NCBI GenBank assembly: GCA_964106645.2
Contig: OZ067045.1
Length of the DNA stretch: 64,000 bases
Strand: one strand, 5' to 3'
Source: Podarcis pityusensis
Lineage: Eukaryota
Shown: positions 61,693 to 64,000 of the stretch, in pieces
How positions within the stretch are numbered: position 1 is the stretch's first letter
Layout of the letters: each line of letters begins with the position of its first letter
The notes under the pieces: generated by a model
Databases searched by the model: none
Seen by the model: the letters and a program-made list of their open reading frames with translations, nothing else
What the model was told of the DNA's origin: nothing
Made by a program: the position numbers and the translations under genes

Positions 61693-64000
61693 AAGAGGGA
61701 GCAGTATGCGACTTGAAGTCACCAAAAATAAAGAATGTACAGGAAAAGGCCTTAAGGAAAAACAGGTCTTAAAGGATACCAAACTGGTGTTTTTCTCCCA
61801 AAATAAGACTCAGGGCCTAAAAAGGGTAAAATGAAATGGGAAACCTCGAATGTCACTTTTCATGCATCTTGTGAACATGAAGCAGCACAAGCTCTTGAGA
61901 AGCACTCATTATGTTAGTGACGCCCATCTTTAACAGTCACCATTTTATTAATGGACTAAACACACACATTATCTTATGTACTTAAAACAGAAGTAGTTGA
62001 GAGCAAAGGTTCTTATTTTTCTCCTCAAGTTAATCGTGGAGAAACGTGGACATTTGGCATTTGTGCAGAGGAAAAATGTTACTATATTTAGCCTCCTTCT
62101 CTTTGCAGGCTGCCATGCTTCTGTTTCAGCAGTGGGAAAGTGCTTCAGTACGTCAATGACTGAAATGATTTGGATGCATTTACACTAGCGAAACACTTTC
62201 AGTTGCAACTAATCAACTCCTCAGGCCCTGAACAGAAACCATGAAAGGAAGGGGTACCTTAGCAGTTTCAGATGCCGTTTTAAATACGACGTATAATCTG
62301 TATGCACCACCTTAAAGAGACTTAAAAAAAAGAAAAAAATCTGTATTTCCAGAATTACATATCACCTCCACCATACCTATCACATAGCCCCCTTACCAGC
62401 AGTCATGTTTTAGACTGTACGTTCTTTGGGGCAATAGACCTGTTTTTTCCTTCTAAAACTCTGTAAAGTGCTGTGTACATAAAGGGCACTGTATGTATAA
62501 GAAGAATAAAATAGTATCTTTGACACAAACAAAACCTCAGGGCAGTTTTCAAAAAAAAAAAAAAGGATCACAAGAACTGTCAAAATTACAGGCAAAACAT
62601 TATTCGGATATTATAGTAACAGCCCCCAAATATACAAAAACACAAATTTACACAAACTAATAAAAATGGTATGTATCCAAATTCATTTTACAGAATTCAG
62701 AAGCTTACAAATTTATGACATTTTGCTTGGTCCTAATAAAGGCATTATGGAAAAGGAAGTTTACTTGAGACTTCCAAGCCTCTCTCCTCAATTCCCTTTA
62801 TAAGGTTTTAGAGTTAGGAGTCCCATTCGAAAACAATTTTTTTCCTCTTTAACGAGTCATTCCTAAATGTACTTTTTTTAGAGTACATTTTTTTTAGAAC
62901 CCTGGAATGAACAACTTGAATGTGTTTTCTTCTGAAATGAGAATGTATCACCAGTACCAACTAGAATGACTGCATTTCACGCTGGTGTGCTGCTAACCTT
63001 TTTTTACCTTTTGCTGCTAACAGAGGCTAGTATTTGGCTATGCCTGCCATTTATGTCCGGCAATACAGCAGGTAGTTTTTTTGCCTCTGCAGCTAAAGGA
63101 TGATAATTACTGCTTGCTCAGACTCTGCATATTCTTTGTCCTATTTTCAGACTGGGGGGATGGGTGGGAACTTTGCACAGCCCAGCTAAATCCAAAAAGG
63201 CTCTTTTCACTCTGAACTAAAAGAGGTCCTCTCCTGTAATTAAACCTTATTCATTCTATAGGCAACCACTATCAGCAGCCTTTCAAATATATATGCAAAA
63301 CACAGCTATCCTCCAGCACACTGATCTGATCCTCAACTGGCAGGTCAGGACTCACTAGTGGGTCACAGCCTGATCCAAGGTGGGTCATAAAAGGAGCACT
63401 ACCATCATGCAAATTATGGTAAAAGGATAATAAATGGGTCCCCAGTTGCATGTTTGGGTTAAAAGTGGGTCCTGGGCCTGAAAGGGTTGACAATACCTGC
63501 ACAAGACAGCCAGGCAGTTATTGTGCAACTGGGCTCTGCCCTTCCCCCACACAAGCCAGGGACATACAAAGGAAGGGCTGCTCTATTGTCAGTGTACAGT
63601 ACTCACAATGGCCTCCTCCTGCCAACCGAAACTCAATTCAACAGATATCTGATAGTGAAAGGATTCAGTAATCCAAGTAGCTAGAAGCAGATGGAAAACA
63701 CTTTTGCATATTTGGCCATATCAATTCTGGAATGTGCACCTTAGTATTTACCAGCTCCCACCCACCCCCAATTCCAAATGCAACAGCCAAATAAATCTGA
63801 TTCTGAAATCTAAGCACATACACACACTAAATTTCAAGACCTATATTTAAACTGATGGCACATTCAGAAAAATGAAAGAGCCACTTAATTCAAATCCTTC
63901 CATTTTTCTGAACCATCACTAAGCAACAGCACCATGGCAACTTTGTCCAGCATTAAAAATGCTCTGTGAAAACAGGGTGAAGACGACACTGCAAAGTCAG

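Noticed and set aside
50579-64000. SPEN exon 1 and CpG-island promoter
   Set aside because: No CpG island and no match to the expected N-terminal RRM1 start (MVRETRHLWVGNL-like) were seen, so it should lie beyond the window.

Overview
Eukaryotic (vertebrate) genomic DNA, almost certainly a squamate and probably a lacertid lizard, judging by the Sauria-type and other squamate-type SINEs plus CR1/L1 fossils. Essentially the whole window lies inside one minus-strand gene, SPEN (SHARP/MINT, Msx2-interacting protein). I resolved coding exons 2-15 with splice sites: RRM1-4, a 7,882-bp exon 11 with the RBPJ-interaction region, and the C-terminal SPOC domain. The 3'UTR ends near an ATTAAA signal at ~290. 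Exon 1 and the promoter were not found and should lie beyond position 64000. Exons 2-15 total 10,549 coding nt in a continuous frame. The introns carry nested transposable elements: CR1, L1, Sauria SINEs, and hAT and Tc1/mariner MITEs with clear TSDs. The most notable signals: (1) a ~1-kb TE-free, strongly UGGA-enriched element at the start of intron 2 that may be an RNA-level autoregulatory module; (2) a degraded FB-NOF-like (MULE-NOF) transposase fossil in intron 3; (3) a composite repeat with four copies in intron 3, two of which form a long inverted pair; (4) a GC-AG intron directly upstream of the giant exon 11. There are two assembly gaps. Nearly all short ORFs in the supplied track are spurious or shadows of SPEN exons.
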